NCBI RefSeq assembly: GCF_032444005.1
Contig: NC_091289.1
Location: 155,124,001 to 155,188,000 of the forward strand
Reading direction: 5' to 3'
DNA: 64,000 nt
Source of the DNA: Ranitomeya imitator
Lineage: Eukaryota
The translations under genes and the position numbers were made by a program. Positions within the stretch are counted from its first letter, which is position 1; every line of letters begins with the position of its first letter. Below are positions 25,547 to 36,669 of the stretch, piece after piece. The notes under the pieces were generated by a model. That model was not told the DNA's origin, did not search any database, and saw only the letters and a program-made list of their open reading frames with translations.

Positions 25547-26724
25547 TGTAGATTCTGGTTTGGCTTTTATCCTAAGTCATATGGAAAGGCTTGTCAAAGG
25601 GTCGATACTGACTGTTAGGATTGCTACTTCCAATAGGTGGTGCTAGAGTTCTAAGCTCTCTCCCTTTCTGAAGAAGCAATTTGCATTGTAGGAGCAGAAA
25701 ATCTGCATCTATATTTTGAATTAATATTTTTAGCTGCCCTAATTACGATACTGGGTCTCATATAATAATTTTTTGCTATAGCTGTAATATATTCTGCAGC
25801 ACTTTACAACTGATGTCTTGAAATGTATCACGTAACACACCATGGTATATTGTAAAGTGTTTGATAAATCACAAGATTCACCTAATAGCACTGAGATTGC
25901 CACATGATTAGTTAGACTCAAACTACATATTACTACATTATGGGATTAGATGTACAAGCTTTATTCAACATTATGCAGTGTTGTGAGATGGGAAGCAGTC
26001 ACTAAAAATGGTGTCTGGGAAGAAAATGCTGCATAAGAGGGTAAACGTTTTAGGAGTCAATGACAATATCATTAACAATCCTACCCTGATATTGTATTTT
26101 AAATGGATATGTTTTTGCCTAAAAATCACTTTTCAATTTGGGTGTCAATATTCATTTTACACGGTTTGCTTTCTACACCCTCTATTTTGCATTGTGTAAT
26201 GCTGGCTGCAGAATGAGGTAACCGAAAATAATCAGTGAGCTTGTTCTGATGGAAGAATTTATAATTATAAATTAATTATTAATTATAATAAGGAAAATAA
26301 TCCTCCTAAGCTCATCTCACACTAGTTTGTGACTACAAAGTTCAGCTCAACTTTCATGTTATCCTAACACAGTGTACATAGTTATGGCTAAGGCTAGTTT
26401 CACATTTGCGTTAGAATCCGCAGCGTTTAATCCACATCCGCAAGTGCAGGAAAAAACGCATAGAAATACGTACTAACGCGGTGTTTTTTAGACGCATGCG
26501 GGGAACGCATGCGGTTAAAAAACGCCACGTTAGTACGTATTTCTATGTGGTTTTTTTTCTGCTTTTGCGGTTTTGGTGCACAGGGTGAAAAATTTAGCAG
26601 GAGAAAAATCTAGATAACCAGAAACCACCAATGGGACTACAGAGGGCGTGTATTATGGGATCTCTATATATAGACCCTTGAACAGCTGAAATCTTCAGAT
26701 TTTGCTCCTGTATGCTGTGTCATA

Positions 26725-27578
26725 ATGGATCTTCGCATGGAGAGCTTTTATTTCAACCTGGATTTAAGCATCAAGCTGTTTCTTGCCTGTGCGTTTGCTT
26801 GGGAGCAAGACAGAAATCGTGAAAGATTGAGAAGGAGATGGCGTAGGCGTTTTTGGAGACACCCCATTATTGAATTACGTGAGAGACGTGGAGCCTATCA
26901 CACGCTGTATGGCGAGCTTAATGCCAACCTGGAGAAATACCAAGAATATACAAGGATGTCGCAAGACTCGTTCCGGGATTTGATTGCTCGTGTCCAAGGA
27001 GCCATACGGAGACAGGACACCCAGCTCCGTAGAGCGATTCCACCCGAGGAACATCTACTGGTTACATTAAGGTACGTTCCAAATCTAAACCAATGACAGT
27101 CCAAATTTTGGGTGTTCTGACATGTATTTTTTGGGTATTTTCCTTTCTGGCGTAACCACACCATAAATAGAATAGATAGTAAAAAAAATTTTCTTACAGA
27201 TTTCTGGCAACCGGAGAGAGTTTATCATCCCTCCACTTCCAATACCGGCTTGGAATATCCACCCTGTCTGGAATAGTTGCGGACACCTGCCGGGCATTGT
27301 GGAATGTACTCAGGGATGAGTTTATACCTGTACCCACCTTGGACATGTGGCTTGAAATTGCGGAAAAATTCTGGAGTGTGTGTGATTTCCCCAACTGTTT
27401 GGGAGCGGTTGATGGAAAGCACATCCGCATTATAAAACCAGCCAGAATAGGATCGGAGTACTTCAATTACAAAAAAATATTTTTCTGTTGTCCTCATGGC
27501 AATAGCCGATGCGGACTGTCGCTTCATCGCCGTGGACATTAGAGCTTTTGGCCGTGGCAACGATTCCCAGACTTTTAA
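26725..27578 (+). pseudogene. Harbinger (HARBI1-like) DDE transposase, N-terminal part, two exons (26725-27071, 27200-27578)
   Basis: Splice join gives ..LVTLR|FLATGES..FPNCLGAVDGKHI..YFNYKK. A +1 frameshift in an A7 run at 27471-27477 precedes ..VLMAIADADCRFIAVD. Truncated at a TTAA T2/Kolobok MITE insertion. Confidence 0.85.
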
Positions 27579-28557
27579 AGGGAACCTGTCACCTGAATTT
27601 GGCGGGACAGATTTACGGTCATATGGGCGGGGTTTTCGGGTGTGTGATTCACCCTTTCCTTACCCGCTGGCTGCATGCTGGCCGCAATATTGGGTTGAAG
27701 TTCATGCTGTGTCCTCTGAAGTACACACCTGCGCAAGGCAAGATTGCGGAGCGTGCGGCCGCATAGGAACACATGGAGCCGCACGCTCCGCTCTGGAGTG
27801 CCGGCGCCAGAGCTTGGATTCCACATGCGAGACACGGACATGTTTCTCGCATGTGTGATCCCGGCTTAATACTGATATAAAACACTGACCACATACTGCT
27901 AGTGCTACGGCAGCCATGTTGCTTTAGTGGTAAGCTTGTTGACAGCATTGCGTCCTGATTCTGTTCTGCAGTATCCATTGGACACAGACTGAAGAGACAA
28001 TGCCTGTCATACAAAACAGATCTACACTCATCAAGTCAGGTGTCAGAAATAATGAATTCATGATGCACATATAACAGCCTCATGAATTCACTATTTCTGA
28101 CATATGTACAGGTGAGCATAGATACGCCGTGTATGACCACCATCGTTCCTTCACTTTGTGTGGAATATTACGTACACAGAAGAGAAAATGGAGGTAATAC
28201 AAGGCAGTTCTCTACTCACCAGGTCAGATGTTCTAACTAATAAGTTTTTGGACACCTGACCTGTTGAGTATAGTTCTGCATTGTATTTCCGCCATTTTCT
28301 CTTCAGTCTGCAACACTAGTCACAGACTAAAGGAAGAGATTGTGGAGATATTACATGAATTATTTTTTTGGCCCACCTCATATCTCTATACTAAAGACAC
28401 ACAAAGCTGCAGTCATTTATTTGCTAACTACTAGAGCTATGATGTGGCCAAAAAATTAAGTGTTCGGCGCACGGTGTGTGTTGATGGTGGCGAAAGACAC
28501 AATAAATCACACATAATTGGGGCAAAAAATAATATTTTTGTTTACACAAACTTTTAA

Positions 28558-29345
28558 TTTAACTGCGCCTGCTTGGGGTAGAGTGATGTAAACGGGGGTG
28601 TGAAGCAGTGAGGCCTGGCTAACAGTGGACGACGCAGGGGTGGCAGGAGAACGGGCAATGAAACTTGAGGGGTCTGGTAGTTCGGGGATAGGGCTTGACA
28701 CATGAGAGGCTTGAGACGCACTGGATGGGTGAGACAAACCTGACATTACAGACACACTGGGAGGTGAAGGGGGAGGAATACTAAGAGTTCGCTGTTTGTT
28801 TGTTTTTTCTTTTTCCTTTCTGGGATTGCCAGGTTCTGGGAAGCCTCGGAGGACTCATTTGTCATGGCATGGTCGTGGTGGGTGACCTGTAAGGGTCCGG
28901 CTGCACTGTGCCAGAGTCCATAGTGCTCGTAGAGTGTGCAGCCATGCCAGAGTCCATAGTGCTTGTAGAGCGGAAGGCCATGCCAGCGTCCTGCTGCATC
29001 ATGGTGGTGGCGGTACAGAAGGCCATGCCAGGGTCCTGCTGCATCGTGGTGGTGGTGGCGGCGGTACAGAAGGCCATGCCAGGGTCCTGCTGCATCGTGG
29101 TGGTGGCGGTACAGAAGGCCATGCCAGGGTCCTGCTGCATCGTGGTGGTGGCGGTACAGAAAGCCATGCCAGGGTCCTGCTGCATTGTGGTGGTGGCGGT
29201 GCAGAAGGCCATGCCAGGGTCCTGCTGCATCGTGGTGGTGGCGGTACAGAAAGCCATGCCAGGGTCCTGCTGCATTGTGGTGGTGGCGGTGCAGAAGGCC
29301 ATGCCAGGGTCCTGCTGCATCGTGGTGGTTGTGGTACGGATTCTG
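28558..29345 (-). pseudogene. Harbinger ORF2 C-terminal low-complexity remnant with 45-nt coding repeats
   Basis: (TATTTMQQDPGMAFC)n then MSPPRLPRTWQSQKGKRK, then S/P-rich SVMSGLSHPSS. Position is convergent to the transposase. No Myb/SANT domain seen. Confidence 0.5.
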
Positions 29346-30010
29346 ATGCATGCAGAAAGAAAGAAATGGCAGAAATTAGGACATATAGAGACAGAAAATA
29401 GAAAATAAAGGCATTGGCTAGGATATACTCACATTGTTCAGAGGCTTGTTTGCTCCAAGGTGCTGTGGTCTGTCTGCTCTGCTTGGCTGTCTGCTGAGTA
29501 GTGACCTGCAAATGTCCACACCCTCCCTTTATCTGTGGGGGGTGGCTTATCAGTATCTAGACATGTTTTTCTCTGGTGCAACGCATGCATTCACGAACGC
29601 AAGCAAACACATGTGCTTGTGAACGCATGCGTTCACATAGACAGCAATGCGTTTTTTTGGCGCATTCCTTACGCAATCGACCGCATACGTTTATAGACGG
29701 CAAATTGCCGCCTCTAAAAATTACTACATGTAGCATTTCAGCGCAAAACTGCAGACGACGAAACGACGCATGCATCGTCAAACACGGCCAAAAGCAAACG
29801 ATCGCAGACGCATAAACGCGGCCAAAACCAAACGATCGCAGACGCATACGTCGCTAATGTTAAAAATAGGAATACACAACGCATGCGGATATATGCGGAA
29901 GAAACGCTGCGGACACAACCACAAATGTGAAACTGGCCTAACAACAGCCCCTATTTTAGAAGTGGCCATTTTTTTAGTGTAGCATCCACTGTTTTTGAAT
30001 CCTGAGTTAA

Positions 30011-31285
30011 CCCCTTCACGACATGCGCCGTACTAGTACTGCGCATGCCGTGTCACCCCTTTTGATGTGGGCTTCGGCGGTGAGCCCGCATCAAAGTCGC
30101 GACATGTCAGCTGTTTTGTACAGCTGACATGTGCGCGCAATAGCGGCGGGTGAAATCGCTATTCACCCGCCGCTATTAACCTGTTAAATGCCGCTGTCAA
30201 ACACAGACAGCGGCATTTAAGTACCGCATCCGGCCGGGCGGCCGGAAATGACGTCATCGCTGACCCCCGTCACATGATCGGGGGTCGGCGATGCATCAGG
30301 AAGGTAACTATAGAGGTCCTTGAGACCTCTATGGTTACTGATGCCGGCCTGCTGTGAGCGCCACCCTGTGGTCGGCGCTCACAGCACACCTGCATTTCAG
30401 CTACATAGCAGCGATCTGTTGATCGCTGCTATGTAGCAGAGGCGATCGTGCTGTGCCTGCTTCTAGCCTCCCATGGAGGCTATTGAAGCATGACACAAGT
30501 AAAAAAAAAATGTTTTTAAAAATATGAAAAAAATATAAAAAATATAAAAGTTTAAATCACCCCCCTTTCGCCCCATCCTAAATAAAACAATAAAAAAAAC
30601 AAACATACACATATTTGGTATCGCCGTGTTCAGAATCGCCCGATCTATCAATTAAAAAAAAGCATTAACCTGGTCGCTAAAAGGCGTAGCGAGAAAAAAA
30701 TCCAAAACGCCAGAATTACGTTTTTTTGGTCGCCGTGACATTGCATTAAAATGCAATAACGGGTGATCAAAAGAACGTATCGGCGCAAAAATGGTATCAT
30801 TAAAAACATCAGCTCGGCACGCAAAAAATAAGCCCTCACCCGACCCCAGATCACGAAAAATGGAGATGCTACGGGTATCGGAAAATGGCACTTTTTTTTT
30901 TTTTTAAGCAAAGTTTGGAATTTTTTTTCACCACTTGGATAAAAAATAAACTAGACATGTTAGGTGTCTATGAACTCATAATGACCTGGAGAATCATAAT
31001 CGCAGGTCAGTTTTAGCATTTAGTGAACCTAGCAAAAAAGCCAAACAAAAAACAAGTGTGGGATTGCACTTTTTTTGCAATTTCACCGCACTTGGAATTT
31101 TTTTCCCGTTTTCTAGTAAAAGACATGGTAAAACCAATGGTGTCGTTCAAAAGTACAACTTGTCCCGCAAAAAATAAGCCCTCACATGACCATATTGACG
31201 GAAAAGTAAAAAAGTTATGGCTCAGGGAAGGAGGGAAGTGAAAAATGAAAACGCAAAAATGAAAACGGGCCGCGACTTGAAGGGG
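30011..31285. mobile_element. Non-autonomous TTAA (piggyBac-type) element
   Basis: TTAA|CCCCTTCA...TGAAGGGG|TTAA. Confidence 0.85.
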
Positions 31286-31383
31286 TTAAGTCATCTGACA
31301 CCTGGGAAAGGACATGTGGCACAATTTTTGCACTTTTTTTTTTTTTTTAATACCCCAAAATAGTGATGGCTTGTGCAGTTTAA

Positions 31384-31711
31384 AGGGACACTGTCACCTG
31401 GATTTGGAGGGAACAATCTTCATCCATGGAGGCGGGGTTTTTGGGTTTTTGATTCACCCTTTCCTTACCCGCTGGCTGAATGCTGGCTGCAATATTGGAT
31501 TGAAGTTCATTCTCTGTCCTCCATAGTACACGACTGCACAAGGCAAGATTACCTTGTGCAGGCGTGTACTATGGAGGACAGAGAATGAACTTCAATCCAA
31601 TATTGCAGCCAGCATGCAGCCAGCGGGTAAGGAAAGGGTGAATCAAAAACCCCCAAACCCCGCCTCCATGGCTAAAGATTGTTCCCTCCAAATTCAGGTG
31701 ACAGTGTCCCT
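31384..31711. mobile_element. T2/Kolobok MITE, near-palindromic
   Basis: TTAA|AGGGACACTGTCACCTG...CAGGTGACAGTGTCCCT|TTAA; related termini near 4650, 5805, 21095 and 27579. Confidence 0.88.
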
Positions 31712-32435
31712 TTAAGGAGTATTCTCATGTTGTTTCTTCGGTGGAACAATGCTCCTCTTCCTCGCAGATTCCTCTGGTTCCTGGGGGCAATGTGCTCCTG
31801 AAGATTCACAGTTCATGACTGCGCTCTGGTCCAAATTTTTCACTCTCCAAAGCAGCGAGCAGAGCTAGCTTTGTCTCTTCATGATGGGGACTGAGGCTGG
31901 CTGGTAATCGGGAATGCTAGTAACGTAGCCACAAACTGTCCCCTATAGAATGAAAAATTCCTCTGGAAAAGAGTTTCAATAAATTTTAAACTTGCTTGTT
32001 TTTACGCTCACTTTGGAATTTTAACCATTTAAGAACTTGAGACAACCCCTTTAATTCCTTATTGCCCTTGCTCCACAGTTCTGCCTTCCATACTTTCGGC
32101 TTCCCATTTCTATTGTGAAACTACCTAAAGAACAGCCTCAGGGCGAAACATGTCACGTCATGTAGCCCTGGATTGCGATGAAGGTAGAAAAGATGAGTAA
32201 CCTGTAATTCGCACTGACACCCAAGAATACGCTTGGAAACGTGAAGTATTACCCGATAAATGCGTATCATCCCTGGGAAAGGACTTTTATCAGATGGTTA
32301 CACGATTGTGTCATCATCTGAAGAAGGTTGTTTTCTATCTTCATTGCACCGCTAATGCCCCATCCCCAGTGTGGATTCCTAATTCGAGGACCTGGCGGCA
32401 GTCATCATACCGACACACAGCAGTCTAATGGAACA

Positions 32436-32875
32436 TGGGGCGCCCCCAGACACAGGGCCACGAGTTCTCGATACCGGGCCCCTCAGTCTCTGTATTGGGA
32501 TCGTCACGGTGGCTAGACCCGGTCCGTGACCCTGCTAAGGGGCGCCCAATGAAAGGTGATGGTGTGATGCGTGGTGTGAGGCGTGATGAATAACAAGGAC
32601 ACAGGGTTGCAGTCTCTTTACCTCTTTACTGAAAGCTTTGGGATCCGCAATCCAGAGCACTGCTAACAGGGCTGGCTGAGACCGGCCGGTCCGAAGGCAC
32701 ATCCAGAGTTTCCTTTGCAGGTGGAGATCAGTGCCTACCCACTAGCGCCTGTGTGTTGTAGTCCTTCCCTGCTGAGCACCACGGGATAGTCCTCACAACT
32801 GTTGTGTCTGTGTTCGTTGTTCTTTCTCTCTCTCTTCGTCCCCCAGATGATATGGTTAGGACGCACCCGTATGAC
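32436..32875 (+). mobile_element. Truncated LTR, same family as 23281-24553
   Basis: Starts TGGGGCGCCCCCAGACACAGGGCCAC; collinear blocks shared with 23281-23900. Confidence 0.75.
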
Positions 32876-32979
32876 TGGAGAGGAGAGGTCTGTGATTTTT
32901 ATCGTAGGTACACTTCAACTGTGAGAGACAGAATGCTTATTTCCCCACTGTAGCTGATTAATCTACTAATCACAGAGTA

Positions 32980-33857
32980 CAAAAGAATTCCAATAGGCAT
33001 TATTGGTGGTGCATAAAAGTCACTCAATAACTAATAGCATATATCCGAATACATGCACCACCCATGCATGGACAATAAAGATAACTGCCAACGCATAGTA
33101 GACTAAGAACAAGAACAAATGCAGTCATAGAATCCAATAAAAACACTTTTTATTAGTAATTAATATAAAATGTACAAAAATGAACCAAACAGACAGTGTG
33201 CAATGAGGCTAGCAGCTGGTACAGAAATGCCAGAGGCAACATGAAAAAACAATAGCCGAAGGTATGGTGACCCCACTGGTAGTCCAGATACAGCTCATAG
33301 GTATAAGAAAGCATACAACATGTCAAAAGCTAATGCACAACGGGTAAATAGCAGCACCAACATATATATCTTTTTATATCTCCCATAGCGGTAGGCAATA
33401 GTATGGGCACAGACATGTAAAAAACGGTACAATATGCATATCACCTGATGTAGAGGACCTGGACCAACGCAGGTGACACCGGACCACCCCGACGCGCGTT
33501 TCGGTAAGTGTACCTTCCTCAGGGGGCGCCCTGTTTCTTTACATGTCTGTGGCCATACTATTGTGTACCGCTATGGGAGATATAAAAAGATATATATGTT
33601 GGCTGCTGCTATTTACCCGTTGTGCATTAGCTTTTGACATGTTGTATGCTTTCTTATACCTATGAGCTGTATCTGGACTACCAGTGGGGTCACCATACCT
33701 TGGGCTATTGTTTTTTCATGTTGCCTCTGGCATTTCTGTACCAGCTGCTAGCCTCATTGCACACTATCTCTTTGGTTCTTTTTTGTACATTTTATATTGA
33801 TTACTAATAAAAAGTGTTTTTATTGGATTCTATGACTGCATTTGTTCTTGTTCTTAG
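32980..33857. mobile_element. Palindromic hammerhead-bearing non-autonomous insertion (Penelope-type)
   Basis: 18-bp TSD TCTACTAATCACAGAGTA (32962-32979, 33858-33875); ~330-nt inverted arms 33096-33425 / 33533-33864. Confidence 0.82.
33487..33526 (-). ncRNA. Minimal type I hammerhead ribozyme with intact core
   Basis: Minus strand CCCC-CUGAGGA-A-GGU(ACACUU)ACC-GAAAC-GCGC-GUC^-GGGG; palindromic stem III ACGCGCGU. Confidence 0.8.
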
Positions 33858-34294
33858 TCTACTAATCACAGAGTAGTATATTAAGCCCTTGATAAATATA
33901 CAGATGGTGAGTCCTTATGTTCTCAGCTTGTCTTTACTGATAGATGAAAAAAACGCTTGACATCCATGAGAAACAGCTAACTCTCAGCTCATAGGTAAGG
34001 GCAGACTTTGGGATAAGCATCTGCCTTTGCCACTTTTATGGCTCAAGTCCAAACCACTATTCCCATCCTTCTGTGTAACTTGCTGTATATTCTGGACTGA
34101 CTACACGTGGGTTCTCACATGCATTCTCATCTAAGGCACTGCAGCTCCTATTGCCTTCTTCTTACTAAACTCTTCCCTCTCCAACATTTCCCTAATGCAG
34201 TAGCCAGGGTCATATTTCCATCCAGCCACTACAGCGATGCCTCCAGCCTGTGCCAGTCATTACTGTAGTTGCCTTTCTGCTATAGAATATAATA

Positions 34295-35195
34295 GGGCAG
34301 CACAGTGGCTCAGTGGTTAGCACTGTATGGTGGCTCAGTGGTTAGCACTGTATGGTGGCTCAGTGGTTAGCACTGTATGGTGGCTCAGTGGTTAGCACTG
34401 TATGGTGGCTCAGTGGTTAGCACTGTATGGTGGCTCAGTGGTTAGCACTGTATGGTGACTCAGTGGTTAGCACTGTATGGTGGCTCAGTGGTTAGCACTG
34501 TATGGTGGCTCAGTGGTTAGCACTGTATGGTGGCTCAGTGGTTAGCACTGTATGGCGGCTCAGTGGTTAGCACTGTATGGTGGCTCAGTGGTTAGCACTG
34601 TATGGTGGCTCAGTGATTAGCACTGTATGGTGACTCAGTGGTTAGCACTGTATGGTGGCTCAGTGGTTAGCACTGTATGGTGGCTCAGTGGTTAGCACTG
34701 TATGTTGGCTCAGTGGTTAGCACTGTATGTTGGCTCAGTGGTTAGCACTGTATGGTGGCTCAGTGATTAGCACTGTATGGTGGCTCAGTGGTTAGCACTG
34801 TATGGTGGCTCAGTGGTTAGCACTGTATGTTGGCTCAGTGGTTAGCACTGTATGGTGGCTCAGTGGTTAGCACTGTATGGTGGCTCAGTGGTTAGCACTG
34901 TATGTTGGCTCAGTGGTTAGCACTGTATGGTGGCTCAGTGGTTAGCACTGTATGGTGGCTCAGTGGTTAGCACTGTTGCTTTGCAGTGCCGAGGTCCTGT
35001 TTTCAAATCCAACCAAGGACGACATCTGCAAAAATTGTGTATGTTCTCCCCATGTCTTTGTGGGTTTTCTCCCACATTCCAAAGATGTACTGATAGGGAA
35101 TCTAGATTGTGAGCCCCAATGGGGATAATGCTGATAATGTCTGTAAAGCGCTGTGGAATTAATTGCGCTGTGTCAGTGAGTAAAATAAATATAAA
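34295..35195 (+). mobile_element. tRNA-derived V-SINE-like element with amplified A-box
   Basis: GGGCAGCACAGTGGCTCAGTGGTTAGCAC head, B-box-like TTCAAATCC, TGTATGTTCTCCCC..GTGGGTTT core, GTAAAGCGCTG tail. Confidence 0.8.
34305..34976 (+). repeat. 25-bp minisatellite, 27 copies
   Basis: CACTGTATGGTGGCTCAGTGGTTAG in exact 25-nt phase from 34321 to 34971. Confidence 0.97.
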
Positions 35196-36669
35196 TGTAT
35201 CACTCTCACCCACAAAGCACTTCAAAGTGCGTCACTGCGTCTGTAAACTGGTAACGCCACCCCACTTGGGTTCTCCATTCTGCTAATGCTCCTAACATCC
35301 TCCATTATCTGAATCTGCCACTCTCCTCTCCAAGACTTTTCTTACGCTGCATTAGTTCTCTGGAATACTCTACCCCAGATAAGCTGGTTAATTCTCAGTG
35401 TCCACAGTTTTAGACATGCCCCCAAACAAATCTTTTTAGGCAGGCCTATCACATCACTAACCTATTTTTTTTTTTATATTCAACTTTTTATCTAAAGGCA
35501 ATTGTATACTGATAATCTATTTATATAATTACCTTAAATTGTCTGTCATCCACTTCCGTCTGGACGTCCTCGAATCCCACAATCCACCGCGCCGCACCGG
35601 AAGTACGACTACCGCCATATTGGAATACCCAAGTGATGGGTATTCCAATATGGCACCCGCTGGTGGTACCAGGCCCTTGTGCAGTATCACCAGCGGGTCA
35701 TCGCCGGACCCCCCGCTGCTGAGACTCCCCCGCCGCAAGGACCCCTCCCCACCGCTAGGATCCAGGCCGCCGCTGGGATCCCGACCACCCCTGGAATCCA
35801 AGCCACCAGAGATGGCGGTATGCGTAAGCACTGAACGCATACCGCAATGTCCGATGGAGAAGCAGGGACCGTGCCAGGATGGGGTGAGTATGATCGGGGA
35901 GGGTGGGCCTGGCTATATTCACATGTCCCCGTTCCACCGCTGTGTGCCGCTCTGTCTTCTACATCATCTGGCTGTGAGGTTCAGGTCAGAGGGCGTGATG
36001 ACGTGGTTAGTGCAAGTCCTCTGCCTGAACAGTATGAGTCGACATTTAATTTATTAATTTTATTTGCAAGACATCTTGCATTGGCCAAGATTATATTTTT
36101 CCAGATCCACATTTATTCCTGGTTTCCCTAATAAATAAAAAAGTTATTATATGAGCCACAATCCACAAACTTCCTACATCAGCATTACAAGCTTTTCTAA
36201 GGTGTAGAGCGATAAATCCACCATTCCCTCCTCACCGCATTATTAGATTAATGTAGCAATCGGGCCTCCAGGTCACTGATAACATTTACTTGCGCCACTC
36301 TCGCCTTGATCTATATATAGGGTAACGTTTGTGATGATAGCTCCACTCTTAGCCCACTGGATTCATTCTCTCTCCCAAACAGAAAATTCATGAATGCATC
36401 TGGGAGAAATGTGTTGTGATGTGGTGGGCAGAAAGTTTCCTTCTAATCTCTTCGATAAGGAGAGATAATACAAGCTCGGCTTGTTTGGGATTCCTGAGAT
36501 TCCAGTGCTACAGAAGTGCCATGGGAAGTGATGAGAGAATGGGTTTAATAGATCCCTTTCCAGTCTGGATAACTTTTAACCCGCAGCTGTCCAAACCGTA
36601 ATCTACATTACCGTATGAATAGCTGAGTGATAATGTGTAACTCCAAATCCCATTGTATCTGAACCAGCC

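Larger units (their letters stand above)
23200..25684. mobile_element. Retrozyme-like head-to-head array of ~315-330-nt monomers with hammerhead motifs, interrupted by a solo LTR and a MITE
   Basis: Minus-strand monomers at 23200-23280 and 24554-24892; plus-strand monomers at 24893-25035 and 25454-25684. Degenerate TSD CATGGTAGGAACAG / CATTGTAGGAGCAG. Confidence 0.75.
26392..29938. mobile_element. PIF/Harbinger transposon, decayed autonomous-type copy
   Basis: TIR GGCTAGTTTCACATTTG / CAAATGTGAAACTGGCC; TAA TSD; + strand transposase and convergent - strand ORF2 remnant. Confidence 0.9.
34100..35460 (+). mobile_element. L2 LINE 3' remnant split by a SINE
   Basis: NAVARVIFPSSHYSDASSLCQSLL*LP before the SINE; ITLTHKAL..LWNTLP..LFRQAY-like after it. 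Confidence 0.65.

Noticed and set aside
28908-29408. + strand Cys/Val- or Gly/His-rich repeat ORFs
   Set aside because: Antisense readings of the 45-nt repeat in the Harbinger element
34305-34976. CRISPR-like regular repeat array
   Set aside because: Units are directly adjacent with no unique spacers, the DNA is eukaryotic, and the unit is the head of a SINE
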